Below are positions 32,494 through 42,068 of a stretch of DNA of 64,000 nt, piece by piece (position 1 is the first letter of the stretch; each line of letters begins with the position of its first letter). The translations under genes were made by a program, and so were the position numbers. This stretch comes from Gammaproteobacteria bacterium (GTDB lineage Bacteria; Pseudomonadota; Gammaproteobacteria; Eutrophobiales; Eutrophobiaceae): the NCBI GenBank assembly GCA_965215365.1, contig CBDCDS010000001.1, positions 1 through 64,000 on the forward strand, written 5' to 3'. Under the pieces are notes generated by a model. The model saw nothing but the letters and a program-made list of their open reading frames with translations. It made no database searches and was not told where the DNA came from.

Positions 32494-32586
32494 GAGGGAG
32501 CCTTTTGTCGGTGCAATTTATTGTATAATTGGCTCGTTAACGTAGCGTAGGGAGAATATCCGACAATCTGGACGGAGTTGAGACTG

Positions 32587-32814
32587 ATGCAATTTGACCG
32601 AATTACCTTTGACCCGGCTGTCATGAACGGGCAACCTTGTGTTCGCCACATGCGTTTGACTGTGCGCCGGGTGTTGGAGGCTCTGACGGTCTATCCGAAC
32701 TGGGATAACCTGATTGGTGAGTACCCTGGTTTAGAGAAGGAAGATATTCGTCAGGCCCTGGAGTGGGCCGCGCATAATCTGGATGATGAGATTATCGCCC
32801 TGGAAGCAGCGTGA
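32587..32814 (+). CDS. DUF433-family antitoxin
   Basis: RITFDPAVMNGQPCVRHMRLTV...YPGLEKEDIRQAL. Confidence 0.9.
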   Translation: MQFDRITFDPAVMNGQPCVRHMRLTVRRVLEALTVYPNWDNLIGEYPGLEKEDIRQALEWAAHNLDDEIIALEAA

Positions 32815-33188
32815 GTAAAATTCTGTTTGATCAGGGTATTCCGTACTCTGCCACGCGCCTGATGAAAAAAGCTGGATGGGAAGTAGTGCATGTCAGTGAT
32901 ATTCGAATGAACCGCGCTACCGATCAAGCAATCCTTGATTACGCGCGAACAAGTAGCTGTATTTGCGTCACTCTGGATGCTGACTTCCATACACTGCTAG
33001 CGGTAAATCATTATTCTCAACCCTCCGTCATTCGTATTCGTAGGGAAGGTTTGAACGGTGCCATGCTTGCTCAACTATTGTGCGATATCTGGCCAAAAAT
33101 CGAGAAAGTTGTGGAAGACGGTGCGATGATAACTGTAACGGAGAAAGCCTTGCGTATACGACGATTGCCTGTGCTCAAGGCGCAGTAG
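32811..33188 (+). CDS. DUF5615-family PIN-like toxin
   Basis: ILFDQGIP, ATDQAIL, VTLDADF, PSVIRIR, RIRRLP; overlaps DUF433 stop. Confidence 0.88.
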   Translation: MSKILFDQGIPYSATRLMKKAGWEVVHVSDIRMNRATDQAILDYARTSSCICVTLDADFHTLLAVNHYSQPSVIRIRREGLNGAMLAQLLCDIWPKIEKVVEDGAMITVTEKALRIRRLPVLKAQ

Positions 33189-33324
33189 AGACCGTTATGA
33201 ACCGGATTGTTTTTGTGGTTCTGGCTCATCGACTACGCGGCGGCCGGTAACGATGTTATGTAGTGTGCCGGATGGTGAGGCAGGTGTCGATTGGTTTATG
33301 GTCACCTCTATTAATTAGAGGTGA

Positions 33325-33592
33325 CCATAACAAAACAGGGGCTACGTCAGCAGCGGGCGCTGCCGGGTAGCCGTTGGGTTTGTTGACTTTCGTGAACGGG
33401 AAGTTGGGGTTGCTGCCTGGAATTCAGGCTGTAACCGTTGGTTATGGCTTGGCTCAGTCGGTGCCGTACTTTGCTGGCTCTTCCGCCACGCGGCGGCTGA
33501 GTAGCGCATCGCTCAGCCCCCCCACCAGGCCTTCCAAGTGCGCCATGCGTTCGCGTAACTTGCCTATCTCTGCTCGCGTGGTTTTGAATTCT
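33325..33592. repeat. 268-bp direct repeat copy (terminator hairpin + 3' end of intact gene X)
   Basis: Aligns with 32226-32493; preceded by family C palindrome GGTCACCTCTATTAATTAGAGGTGACC (33300-33326). Confidence 0.9.
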
Positions 33593-33837
33593 TCTTGCAC
33601 GGCTTTGAATTGGGCTTGTGTCTCTGTGCGCTGGGCTTGCATTTCTTCGCGTTGGGCCTGGAATTGTGCCTGTGTCTCTGCGCGTTGGGCTTGCATCTCT
33701 GCGCGCACGGCTTTGAATTCTGCCTGTGTCTCTGCGCGAAGGGTGCGCGTTTCTTCGCGTTGGGCGCGTTGGCCGTTGAGAATAAGGCCAGCGAGCGCGA
33801 TGGTGGCGCTTATGATTGCGATGAGTTCCATGGACAT
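33454..33837 (-). CDS. Membrane-anchored coiled-coil repeat protein (gene X, intact copy, 127 aa)
   Basis: AAGGAG RBS, N-terminal hydrophobic helix, RAETQAxFxAx / RxEMQAQ repeats, C-terminal VAEEPAKYGTD. Confidence 0.8.
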   Translation of the reverse strand: MSMELIAIISATIALAGLILNGQRAQREETRTLRAETQAEFKAVRAEMQAQRAETQAQFQAQREEMQAQRTETQAQFKAVQEEFKTTRAEIGKLRERMAHLEGLVGGLSDALLSRRVAEEPAKYGTD

Positions 33838-33887
33838 GTTCTGTCTCCTTCGTATCCGGTTTGGTACAACGGGTTATCGTGTTTTCC

Positions 33888-33915
33888 AGTATAGGGTATC
33901 CGGGGGTGTTGTCAA
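33888..33915 (-). promoter_or_regulatory. Sigma70-like promoter for gene X
   Basis: TTGACA-N16-TATACT on minus strand, about 50 bp upstream of the ATG. Confidence 0.65.
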
Positions 33916-34003
33916 TGGTTTTTTGTTGGGTTTTGTGAGTTTTCTCACAAAGCTGTGAAGGTTTTGCTGTTCGGGCTGGGGCAATGGGACGGGGGGTACA
34001 AAT

Positions 34004-34093
34004 AAAACAGGGGCTACGTCAGCAGCGTGCGCTGCCGGGTAGCCCCTGGGTTCGTTTACTTCCGTGAACGGGAAGTTGGGTTACTACTTGGGA
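34004..34093 (-). terminator. Intrinsic terminator / 3' UTR of the RTX gene (third copy of the hairpin module)
   Basis: CAGGGGCTAC...GTAGCCCCTG stem followed by TTTTATTT on minus strand; same module at 32232 and 33332. Confidence 0.75.
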
Positions 34094-37000
34094 TTAGAGG
34101 ATGAAGATGCCGTCTGTTCCACCATCACCGACACCAGCATCATCACCATTCATGTCCTTAAATTCGCTCAGTGTGTCGATGTCATTATCTTCATCAGTAT
34201 CACCATTCGCTTCAATATCCAACAGGTCCAAGTCACTTAGACCCTGAAGAGTAATCCTGCCACCCCCATAACCTTCGAGATTAATGATGGTATTACCGGC
34301 ACGCACCATGATAACCGCTTTGAGGGCGGCGGCAGTCAGGTCAAAGGCGGACAGGTCAATCCTGTCGCCGCCTACACCGTCATTACCCGCATTAAAATCC
34401 GTAATGACATCACTGCCATGACCGGGCGCAAAGACGAAGGTATCACGACCGGCAGTACCGTCGCCACCGTCAGGATCATTTGTGTCACCGTCACCCGTGA
34501 GCTCATCATCACCGGCACCGCCTTCGATGGTATCGTTGCCGGCAAAGCCTCTGATTTTATCGCTACCAGCCATGCCTTTCAGCGTGTCGTTGCCGGCATC
34601 ACCGTGAATGATATCGTCGCCGGCATCACCGTGAATGGTATCGTCGCCGCCTCCGCCCATGAGCGTGTCCTTCCCGGCACCGCCCTGGATAACGTTGGCA
34701 ACAGCATCGCCGGTAATCGTATCGTCGAGGCTGGAACCGGTCACATTCTCAATGCTGGCCAGAATATCGCCTTCGGCGAAGCTTCTTACGGTACCACTAG
34801 CTGCCTGGACAGGGGTTGGCCTGTCGCTATTAGCGCCGTCATCGCTCCCACCAGCCCGCCAATAGCCAACAATGGCATCGGTGGCTGCAAGAAACGCATT
34901 ATCATCGTCATTGCCCGCGATATCGTCGGGGCCGTCAGCATCGAACGTTGTACTACCGTTACCTGTCAACACAACGGTCACGCCCTGCTTCGATGCCGCA
35001 TAGGACACGGTATCACTGCCGCCGTCACCGTGGATGATGTCGGCGCCTTCACTGGCGATGAACGTGTCGTCTTGCCTGGAACCCCATACTAATTCGATAT
35101 TCTTGAGCGTATCACCCATGGCCTCACCGCCCGTACCGGTGTTGGTATTCAGGTTCACCGTCACACCCGCCGAGGCCGCGCGGTACACCGCCCAGTCTTC
35201 GTCACCCATGGCACCGCCGCCGTCCAGCATATCAGCACCCGGGCCACCGTTGAGGGTGTCACCGCCAGCGCCACCGCGCAAGGTGTCATTGCCTTTGCCG
35301 CCAGCGAGGGTGTTGCCGAAGCGGTCGCCGGTGAGGCGGTCATTGTGGTCGGAGCCGGTGACGTTGACGAAGGTGGCTACATCTATTTCATCCTTATCAC
35401 CTTCCGGACCGGTGTATTCATAGGTCTCAATCTCGTCACCTTCGGCATCACCGCCAGAAAAGGTGAGTTTGTCCAGGTCCACCACCACGCCTGCGCCTGA
35501 GCGCTCGTAAGACAAGGTGTTTTTCTGAACGTTTTCTTTATTCGCGGCCGATGTTTCAGTATGACCACCATCCAGCTCATCAGCGCCGGGGCCGCCCTCT
35601 AGGGTATCGTCCCGCGGGCCGCCTGTCAGGACATCGTCACCAGCAAGACCCCAGAGTTTGCTGCCCTCATTACCTTCAAAATCGTCATTACCGTCACCAC
35701 GCGCATCAGAGCGGGCAGTTAACCGGTCACGGCCGGGTGAGCCTTTGACATCCTCAAAACCGCTAATCGTGTCGCCTTCTTGCCGGCCGCCAGCACTACC
35801 ATCCCCAAGGTTAATCCTGACACCATCGCCAAAAAGCTCATAGGAGAGGATATCACCGGGGCCACTACCACCTATCAGGACATCGTCACCCTCACCGCCT
35901 TCTATCTCATCGGGCTTTTCATCGCGGCCTACCAGACGGTCGTCCCCCATACTACCGACGATCTTCTCGATGTCGGAAACCGAGAAGCCCGTAAAAGTAG
36001 AGGAAGCGGGGACAGAGTCACCATCCCATCGTGCAAGAATTGGAGCTTGAAGATTAAAATACACACCTTCATTATCATCCTTTTCCAGGTAATCCTTCTT
36101 CAGGTGCGCAAAGGACACGGTATCATGCCCTTTACCCCCGTCAATCTTCTTTTCCTCAGCATTGGCATGTATCACGTCGTTACCTTCGCCACCGTCGTAG
36201 GTGTTAGCATCGTTATTGCCCCACAGATGGTCATTGCCCTTGCCGCCATGAAGTGTGTCTTTTCCCTTACCGCCAAACAGGTGATCATTACCGTCTTGAC
36301 CTTGTAAGGTATCATCACCCCCGAGCGGACCGCCGTAGATGCGGTCGTCGCCGGCACCACCCCTGATGACGTTATTCCGGCCGTCACCGGCCAGCACATC
36401 AGCGTGAGCCGAGCCGGTCAGATTCTCGATGTCAGGCACCATCTCGGTCATGTCACCTACTTCGTTCGGTTCCAGATTGCCCCAAGTATCCCCCTCAGCA
36501 TCACCGCCCCTGGCCTGACCGGAGTGCAGGCGTACGATGACCCCCGCAGCGGAGTCTTTATAGGACGCTATATCAGTACCACGACCGCCGGTCAGCTCAT
36601 CGGCACCGGGGCCGCCTTCGAGTGTATCGTCTTCATCGCCGCCATTGAGCATGTCATCGCCGGGGCCGCCGTAGAGCATGTCAGGGCCTTCACCGCCATA
36701 CAGACGGTCCATGCCGCCCTCACCCCATAGGGAGTTGCCGACGGTCAGACTGTCGGTGCCGGTAATCATGTCGTCCTGGTCAGAACCAATCACGTTCTCA
36801 ATATCGCTGCCAAGCGTATCGCCCTCGGCATCGCCGCCCATGGCACTGCCGTCACGCAGGTTAATGGTCACGCCCATGGCCGAGCCCTGGTAGGAGATGG
36901 TGTCCCCGCCAACGCCGTCGCCGTTGTAAGCGTGTCCGCCACCCTGCAACGTATCAGCACCCGGACCACCGATAAGCAGGTCATTGCCAGGCCCACCGTG

Positions 37001-37582
37001 CAAGGTGTCATCGCCGCCCATGCCGTCCAAGGTATCGTCGCCATCCTTACCCATAATCTTCTCAGCACCGTTGGTGCCGATAAGCTTGTCGTCTTTGTCC
37101 GTGCCAGTAATATCAGCCCCAGCGCCCACCGGCAACACCACCACTTCCGTCACTCTCACCGTGTAAGCGCCGGTGTTCACGGCACCCGGGTTGGCCGCAT
37201 AACCACTCACACTCAGGTAATAGGTCTGCGTGCCACTGCCCGCCTCGGGCGTGAACTCTATCTTCGAGGATAAATTGCCCTCCCTCGGCGCCACATCATC
37301 GTTCTCCATAATCAGGCCGCCCTTGCTGTCGAGCAGCTTGAGCACGGAGTCGTGCAGCCGGTCCGCAGCCGGTTCTTTCTCGCCCACGGTAATGGTGTAC
37401 TTCTTACCTTCGCTCAGCTCGATGACAATCCAGTCCTCATCCTGAGGATTCTCAGGATCGATAGACCCCTTCACGACATTGCCGTCACCAAACGGCCCGT
37501 TCGGCGGCATGAAGCTAAGCTCAGTGCTCGTATCTGCGGGCGCATCCTTGGCCATCAACTTGCTTTCGTCTCGGTCTGGCAT
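34094..37582 (-). CDS. Large RTX-type calcium-binding secreted protein (1162 aa) with N-terminal PPC-like beta domain
   Basis: Many GGxGxDxL nonapeptides, about 7 DTxSYxxSxxGVxxxL...IENxxGS modules, C-terminal DTFVF...DVITDF...DRIDLS; no Sec signal; AGGAG RBS. Confidence 0.9.
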   Translation of the reverse strand: MPDRDESKLMAKDAPADTSTELSFMPPNGPFGDGNVVKGSIDPENPQDEDWIVIELSEGKKYTITVGEKEPAADRLHDSVLKLLDSKGGLIMENDDVAPREGNLSSKIEFTPEAGSGTQTYYLSVSGYAANPGAVNTGAYTVRVTEVVVLPVGAGADITGTDKDDKLIGTNGAEKIMGKDGDDTLDGMGGDDTLHGGPGNDLLIGGPGADTLQGGGHAYNGDGVGGDTISYQGSAMGVTINLRDGSAMGGDAEGDTLGSDIENVIGSDQDDMITGTDSLTVGNSLWGEGGMDRLYGGEGPDMLYGGPGDDMLNGGDEDDTLEGGPGADELTGGRGTDIASYKDSAAGVIVRLHSGQARGGDAEGDTWGNLEPNEVGDMTEMVPDIENLTGSAHADVLAGDGRNNVIRGGAGDDRIYGGPLGGDDTLQGQDGNDHLFGGKGKDTLHGGKGNDHLWGNNDANTYDGGEGNDVIHANAEEKKIDGGKGHDTVSFAHLKKDYLEKDDNEGVYFNLQAPILARWDGDSVPASSTFTGFSVSDIEKIVGSMGDDRLVGRDEKPDEIEGGEGDDVLIGGSGPGDILSYELFGDGVRINLGDGSAGGRQEGDTISGFEDVKGSPGRDRLTARSDARGDGNDDFEGNEGSKLWGLAGDDVLTGGPRDDTLEGGPGADELDGGHTETSAANKENVQKNTLSYERSGAGVVVDLDKLTFSGGDAEGDEIETYEYTGPEGDKDEIDVATFVNVTGSDHNDRLTGDRFGNTLAGGKGNDTLRGGAGGDTLNGGPGADMLDGGGAMGDEDWAVYRAASAGVTVNLNTNTGTGGEAMGDTLKNIELVWGSRQDDTFIASEGADIIHGDGGSDTVSYAASKQGVTVVLTGNGSTTFDADGPDDIAGNDDDNAFLAATDAIVGYWRAGGSDDGANSDRPTPVQAASGTVRSFAEGDILASIENVTGSSLDDTITGDAVANVIQGGAGKDTLMGGGGDDTIHGDAGDDIIHGDAGNDTLKGMAGSDKIRGFAGNDTIEGGAGDDELTGDGDTNDPDGGDGTAGRDTFVFAPGHGSDVITDFNAGNDGVGGDRIDLSAFDLTAAALKAVIMVRAGNTIINLEGYGGGRITLQGLSDLDLLDIEANGDTDEDNDIDTLSEFKDMNGDDAGVGDGGTDGIFIL

Positions 37583-37787
37583 CTCTTTCTCTCCTGTGCT
37601 AATCAGTAGAAGTAAACGAACTTTTTGGCGCATTCATGCGGTAGATCGCATTATCGAACAGTATTTTTATAGGGTTTTTTGGGGATTTTGGAGGTCTTGA
37701 CGGGTAAGGAATGGCGGTGGGTAGAATTCCTGTTGCCAGATATTTCCCAGCTATTACAATAGCGGAAACCTTTGGGAGACCCTGATT

Positions 37788-39242
37788 ATGTCGAATATGG
37801 GCATACGAGATGCTAGGAGACCTGCGGCGGATGCGTTGTTGCAGGAGATTGCCGATTATGTGCTGAGTGGGGAGGCTGCCAGTGAGGAGGCGCGGGAGAC
37901 GGCGTTTTACTGTCTGCTGGATACCTTGGCTTGCGGAATGCTGGCGCTGAAGTTTCCGGCTTGTACCCGGTTGTTGGGGCCGGTGGTACCGGGCGCTGAT
38001 ATGCCGGACGGAGCGCGGGTGCCGGGCACCGGCTACCGGCTGGAGCCAGTGCAGGCTGCGTTCAACATCGGCACCATGGTGCGCTGGCTGGACTTCAACG
38101 ATACCTGGCTGGCTGCCGAGTGGGGCCATCCTTCGGACAACCTGGGCGCAGTGCTTGCGGTTGCCGACTATCTCAGCCGCCGGAACAGCGCTGCCGGTCA
38201 GGCGCCGTTACCTGTCGCGGAGGTCCTCGACGGCATGATCCGCGCCCATGAAATTCAGGGCGTGCTGGCCCTGAAAAACAGTTTCAACGGGGTTGGTCTG
38301 GACCATGTCCTGCTGGTGCGCATCGCCAGTGCCGCAGTGGCCACAGCCATGCTGGGCGGCACGCGCGCGCAGGTGATCAACGCCGTGTCCAATGCTTGGA
38401 TCGACGGCGGCGCGCTGCGTACCTATCGCCATGCACCCAACACCGGTTCAAGGAAAAGCTGGGCCGCAGGGGATGCCACCAGTCGTGCGGTGCGCCATGC
38501 CTTGATCGCGCTGACCGGCGAGATGGGCTATCCGTCCGCGCTAAGCGCCGAGCACTGGGGCTTTCAGGACGTGCTGTTCAAGGGCAACGCGGTCACTGCA
38601 GAACGTCCCTTCGGTTGTTATGTCATGGAAAACATCCTGTTCAAAATCTCGTTTCCGGCTGAGTTTCACGCCCAGACTGCGGTGGAGGCAGCCCTAGCCT
38701 TGCACGCAGAGGTGAAGGCGCGACTCGATGAGGTCGATAAGATCATGGTGGAAACCCAGGACGCAGGCATGCGTATCATCGACAAAACCGGCCCCCTGGA
38801 CAACCCGGCGGACCGCGACCATTGCATCCAGTACATGACTGCGATTCCCCTGATCTTCGGCCGTCTCAGCGCCGCAGATTACGAGGACTCCGTTGCCGCC
38901 GACCCGCGTATCGACGCGCTGAGGGAGCGGATGCAGGTGCGGGAAAACCCGCGCTTTACGGTCGATTACTATGACCCGGACAAGCGCGCCATCGGTAATT
39001 CTGTGCAAGTCTTTTTCCGGGATGGTTCCAACACCAGGAAAGTCAGCGTCGATTACCCCGTCGGCCACCGGCGCCGGCGCAGTGAAGGCATTCCGCTGTT
39101 GCTGGATAAATTCAATGATGCGATTGCCGGGCATTTCCCGATTGCCCAAAGAGATGCCATTCGCGCCGCTTGCGCTGACCGGCAGGCACTGGAACAGATG
39201 CCTGTCGATACCTTTATGGACTTGTGGGCAGAAGCCGGATAG
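37788..39242 (+). CDS. prpD: 2-methylcitrate dehydratase
   Basis: RWLDFNDTWLAAEWGHPSDN, RKSWAAGDA, KISFPAEFHAQTA, GHRRRR. Confidence 0.96.
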   Translation: MSNMGIRDARRPAADALLQEIADYVLSGEAASEEARETAFYCLLDTLACGMLALKFPACTRLLGPVVPGADMPDGARVPGTGYRLEPVQAAFNIGTMVRWLDFNDTWLAAEWGHPSDNLGAVLAVADYLSRRNSAAGQAPLPVAEVLDGMIRAHEIQGVLALKNSFNGVGLDHVLLVRIASAAVATAMLGGTRAQVINAVSNAWIDGGALRTYRHAPNTGSRKSWAAGDATSRAVRHALIALTGEMGYPSALSAEHWGFQDVLFKGNAVTAERPFGCYVMENILFKISFPAEFHAQTAVEAALALHAEVKARLDEVDKIMVETQDAGMRIIDKTGPLDNPADRDHCIQYMTAIPLIFGRLSAADYEDSVAADPRIDALRERMQVRENPRFTVDYYDPDKRAIGNSVQVFFRDGSNTRKVSVDYPVGHRRRRSEGIPLLLDKFNDAIAGHFPIAQRDAIRAACADRQALEQMPVDTFMDLWAEAG

Positions 39243-39324
39243 GCCAGACATGACCGGCAAGCAGGACCGCGTAAAACGCACCCATCACTTCGGCAGCTTC
39301 ATGCCCAAATACCTGGAGAAAAAT

Positions 39325-39398
39325 TGGAGCGGGTGATGGGAATCGAACCCACGTTCTCAGCTTGGGAAGCTGATGTTCTACCATTGAACTACACCCGC
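39325..39398 (-). tRNA. tRNA-Gly(CCC)
   Basis: GCGGGTGTAGTTCAATGGTAGAAC...CTTCCCAAG...GGTTCGATTCCCATCACCCGCTCCA, encoded CCA. Confidence 0.96.
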
Positions 39399-39444
39399 AT
39401 TGTTCAACAAGCATATCTTACAACGATTCTGTATAATAACGCCG

Positions 39445-39642
39445 ATGAACTTACTGGTAAATGGTGAACAGACGTCCCTGACTGACGTGGCGACTGTAGC
39501 CGACCTGATCTCTGCGCTGGACCTTGAGTGTAATGTCGCGGTGGAGATAAACAGGGAAATCATCTCCCGTAGTGCTTTTGCGAACCATCGCCTTGCTGAG
39601 GGCGACGAAATTGAGATAGTCACTGCAATAGGCGGTGGCTGA
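39445..39642 (+). CDS. thiS: Sulfur carrier protein
   Basis: [11 protein letters not shown]-terminal IGGG, overlaps thiG. Confidence 0.92.
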   Translation: MNLLVNGEQTSLTDVATVADLISALDLECNVAVEINREIISRSAFANHRLAEGDEIEIVTAIGGG

Positions 39643-40471
39643 GGTTCCCGAATTGAATAGCTCGACACTCTCTGTGGCTGCACAACCTCGCCAGGACACT
39701 TTCACCATCGCCGGCAAGGTTTATACCTCGCGCCTGCTGGTCGGTACGGGCAAGTACCGGGATCTGGAGGAAACCGGCAAGGCCATCGAGGCCAGCGGGG
39801 CGGAAATCATCACGGTGGCGATCCGTCGTACCAATATCGGCCAGGACCAGGACGAACCCAACCTGCTCGACTACGTCAGCCCTGAAAAATATACCATCCT
39901 GCCCAACACCGCCGGCTGTTTTGATGTCGATTCGGCGTTGCGCACCTGCCGTCTGGCGCGGGAATTGCTCGATGGTCACGACCTGGTGAAACTGGAGGTG
40001 CTGGGCGATAAAAAAACCTTGTTCCCGGATATCCCGGCAACCCTGGAGGCGGCGCAGGTACTGGTGCAAGAGGGTTTCAAGGTGATGGTTTATACCAACG
40101 ACGATCCGATCATGGCGCTGCGCTTTGAGGAACTGGGCTGCATCGCAGTGATGCCGTTGGCCGCGCCCATCGGTTCCGGGCTGGGGATACGCAACCCTTA
40201 CAACATCCGTACCATCGTTGAGAACGCGGGCGTACCCATCCTGGTGGATGCCGGGGTAGGCACCGCTTCTGATGCGGCCATTGCCATGGAACTCGGCTGC
40301 GACGGGGTATTGATGAACACCGCAATCGCAGAGGCAAAAGACCCGCTGCTGATGGCTGCGGCCATGAATAAAGCCGTGTGTGCCGGCCGGGAAGCCTATC
40401 TGGCCGGACGCATGCCCAGACGCGCCTATGCCAGTGCCTCATCGCCAATAGACGGGACTTTTTTCAGCTAA
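39635..40471 (+). CDS. thiG: Thiazole synthase
   Basis: [40 protein letters not shown]. Confidence 0.96.
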   Translation: MAEVPELNSSTLSVAAQPRQDTFTIAGKVYTSRLLVGTGKYRDLEETGKAIEASGAEIITVAIRRTNIGQDQDEPNLLDYVSPEKYTILPNTAGCFDVDSALRTCRLARELLDGHDLVKLEVLGDKKTLFPDIPATLEAAQVLVQEGFKVMVYTNDDPIMALRFEELGCIAVMPLAAPIGSGLGIRNPYNIRTIVENAGVPILVDAGVGTASDAAIAMELGCDGVLMNTAIAEAKDPLLMAAAMNKAVCAGREAYLAGRMPRRAYASASSPIDGTFFS

Positions 40472-40542
40472 GCCCCCGGTTCGCCCCTCCTGCTTGTGCA
40501 GGAATGACGCAGGAGGGTGAGTGACGAACGGGGATAAAACTA

Positions 40543-41238
40543 ATGTCTATCAGGAGTTACGTACTCAGACAAGGTCGGCTTACCAAGGCACAAGCGGGCG
40601 CGATTGACAGGCACTGGCATGAGTTCGGCATCGACTACCGGGATGAGGTTCTGGACCTGGACGAGATATTCGGCCGCTACGCGCCGCGCGTGCTGGATAT
40701 CGGCACCGGCATGGGTGAGGCCACGCTCAGTCTGGCGCAGCAGAACCCTGACCATGACTACCTGGCCGTCGAAGTGCACCGCCCCGGCATCGGTCGCCTG
40801 TTGTACGGCATAGCCGAACGCCGGCTCAGCAATGTCCGCATTATCAACCACGACATTGTGGATGTGGTAAACCGGCAACTACCGGAAGAATCTCTCACCT
40901 CCGTCTATATTCACTTTCCGGACCCGTGGCCCAAGAAGCGCCACCACAAACGTCGCCTGGTACAACCCGCCTTCATCAACAGGCTGGTCGCGCTGATGAA
41001 AACCGAGGGGCAGTTATACCTCGCCACCGACGCGCAGGATCTGGCTGAATTCATGCTCGCTGTCTGTGACGCTGAACCGGGCCTGATCAACGAGGCCGGA
41101 CGCGGCAACTTCTCCCCACGCCCCCTGTGGCGGCCGCCCACCAGGTTTGAAGAGCGGGCGCAACGCTTGAATAACCCGGTATGGGAACTTATTTATTGCA
41201 AAAATACGATTTTCCTTATGCTGCAAAGGCGAATCTGA
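40543..41238 (+). CDS. trmB: tRNA (guanine-N7)-methyltransferase
   Basis: IRSYVLRQGRLT, DIGTGMG, FPDPWPKKRHHKRR, TRFE. Confidence 0.94.
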   Translation: MSIRSYVLRQGRLTKAQAGAIDRHWHEFGIDYRDEVLDLDEIFGRYAPRVLDIGTGMGEATLSLAQQNPDHDYLAVEVHRPGIGRLLYGIAERRLSNVRIINHDIVDVVNRQLPEESLTSVYIHFPDPWPKKRHHKRRLVQPAFINRLVALMKTEGQLYLATDAQDLAEFMLAVCDAEPGLINEAGRGNFSPRPLWRPPTRFEERAQRLNNPVWELIYCKNTIFLMLQRRI

Positions 41239-41261
41239 TATGATGATGCTTATTCGATACA

Positions 41262-42068
41262 ATGACGTATATTGCCCACATGTTAGAACTAGCCCGAGCC
41301 GCCGTAGACATTGCCAAACAGGCGGCGGAAAAAATCATGGAGGTTTACCAGACCGATTTCGAGGTCCGGAAGAAAACCGACCATACTCCGCTCACCTGTG
41401 CAGATACATCTTCCCACGACGTGATCTGCAGCAGACTGGCCGAATTGACCCCGGCTATCCCGGTACTGTCGGAGGAATCCGCGCACATCCCCTACACTAC
41501 GAGAAAATGCTGGGATGAATACTGGCTGGTGGATCCCTTGGACGGCACCCGCGAGTTTATCAAACGCAACGGCGAGTTCACTGTCAACATTGCCTTAATC
41601 CGGCATGGTTATCCGGTGCTGGGCGTCATTTACGCGCCGGCCAAGGACCTCTGCTATTACGCCACCAACCGCGCGGGCGCCTACAAACAGGGCCAGGGCG
41701 TTGCAGACGTCAGGCTCAGCGCAAAGGCCAGTGATGCCGACGAGCTGGTCATCGCCGGCAGCCGCTCCCACGGCAACAAACGCCAGCAGACCTTCTTCAG
41801 CAACATGGGCGGACGAGTGGAAACCATCGCCATCGGCAGTTCCCTCAAATTCTGCCTGGTGGCCGAGGGCGTCGCCGACATCTACGCCCGCTTCGGCCCC
41901 ACCTGCGAGTGGGACAGCGCCGCCGGTCAGTGTATCGTCGAGGAAGCCGGCGGCAGGGTAACGGATACCGACTTTAACCGCCTGCGCTATAATGCCAAGG
42001 AATCCTTAATCAACCCGGATTTCCTAGTCTTTTCCGATCCTACGTTTGCATGGCAGCGTTGTTTGTGA
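41262..42068 (+). CDS. cysQ: 3'(2'),5'-bisphosphate nucleotidase
   Basis: LSEE, WLVDPLDGTREF, GSSLKFC, EWDSAAGQ. Confidence 0.93.
   Translation: MTYIAHMLELARAAVDIAKQAAEKIMEVYQTDFEVRKKTDHTPLTCADTSSHDVICSRLAELTPAIPVLSEESAHIPYTTRKCWDEYWLVDPLDGTREFIKRNGEFTVNIALIRHGYPVLGVIYAPAKDLCYYATNRAGAYKQGQGVADVRLSAKASDADELVIAGSRSHGNKRQQTFFSNMGGRVETIAIGSSLKFCLVAEGVADIYARFGPTCEWDSAAGQCIVEEAGGRVTDTDFNRLRYNAKESLINPDFLVFSDPTFAWQRCL

Noticed and set aside
32226-33592. Diversity-generating retroelement template/variable repeat pair
   Set aside because: Differences inspected between copies are not adenine-specific and no reverse transcriptase is present.
30990-34093. Integron cassette array
   Set aside because: No integrase in the window and the repeated hairpin lacks consistent RYYYAAC/GTTRRRY boxes; it fits an intrinsic terminator better.
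39399-39444. TPP riboswitch upstream of thiS-thiG
   Set aside because: Only 46 bp separate tRNA-Gly from thiS and the CTGAGA core motif is not present there.
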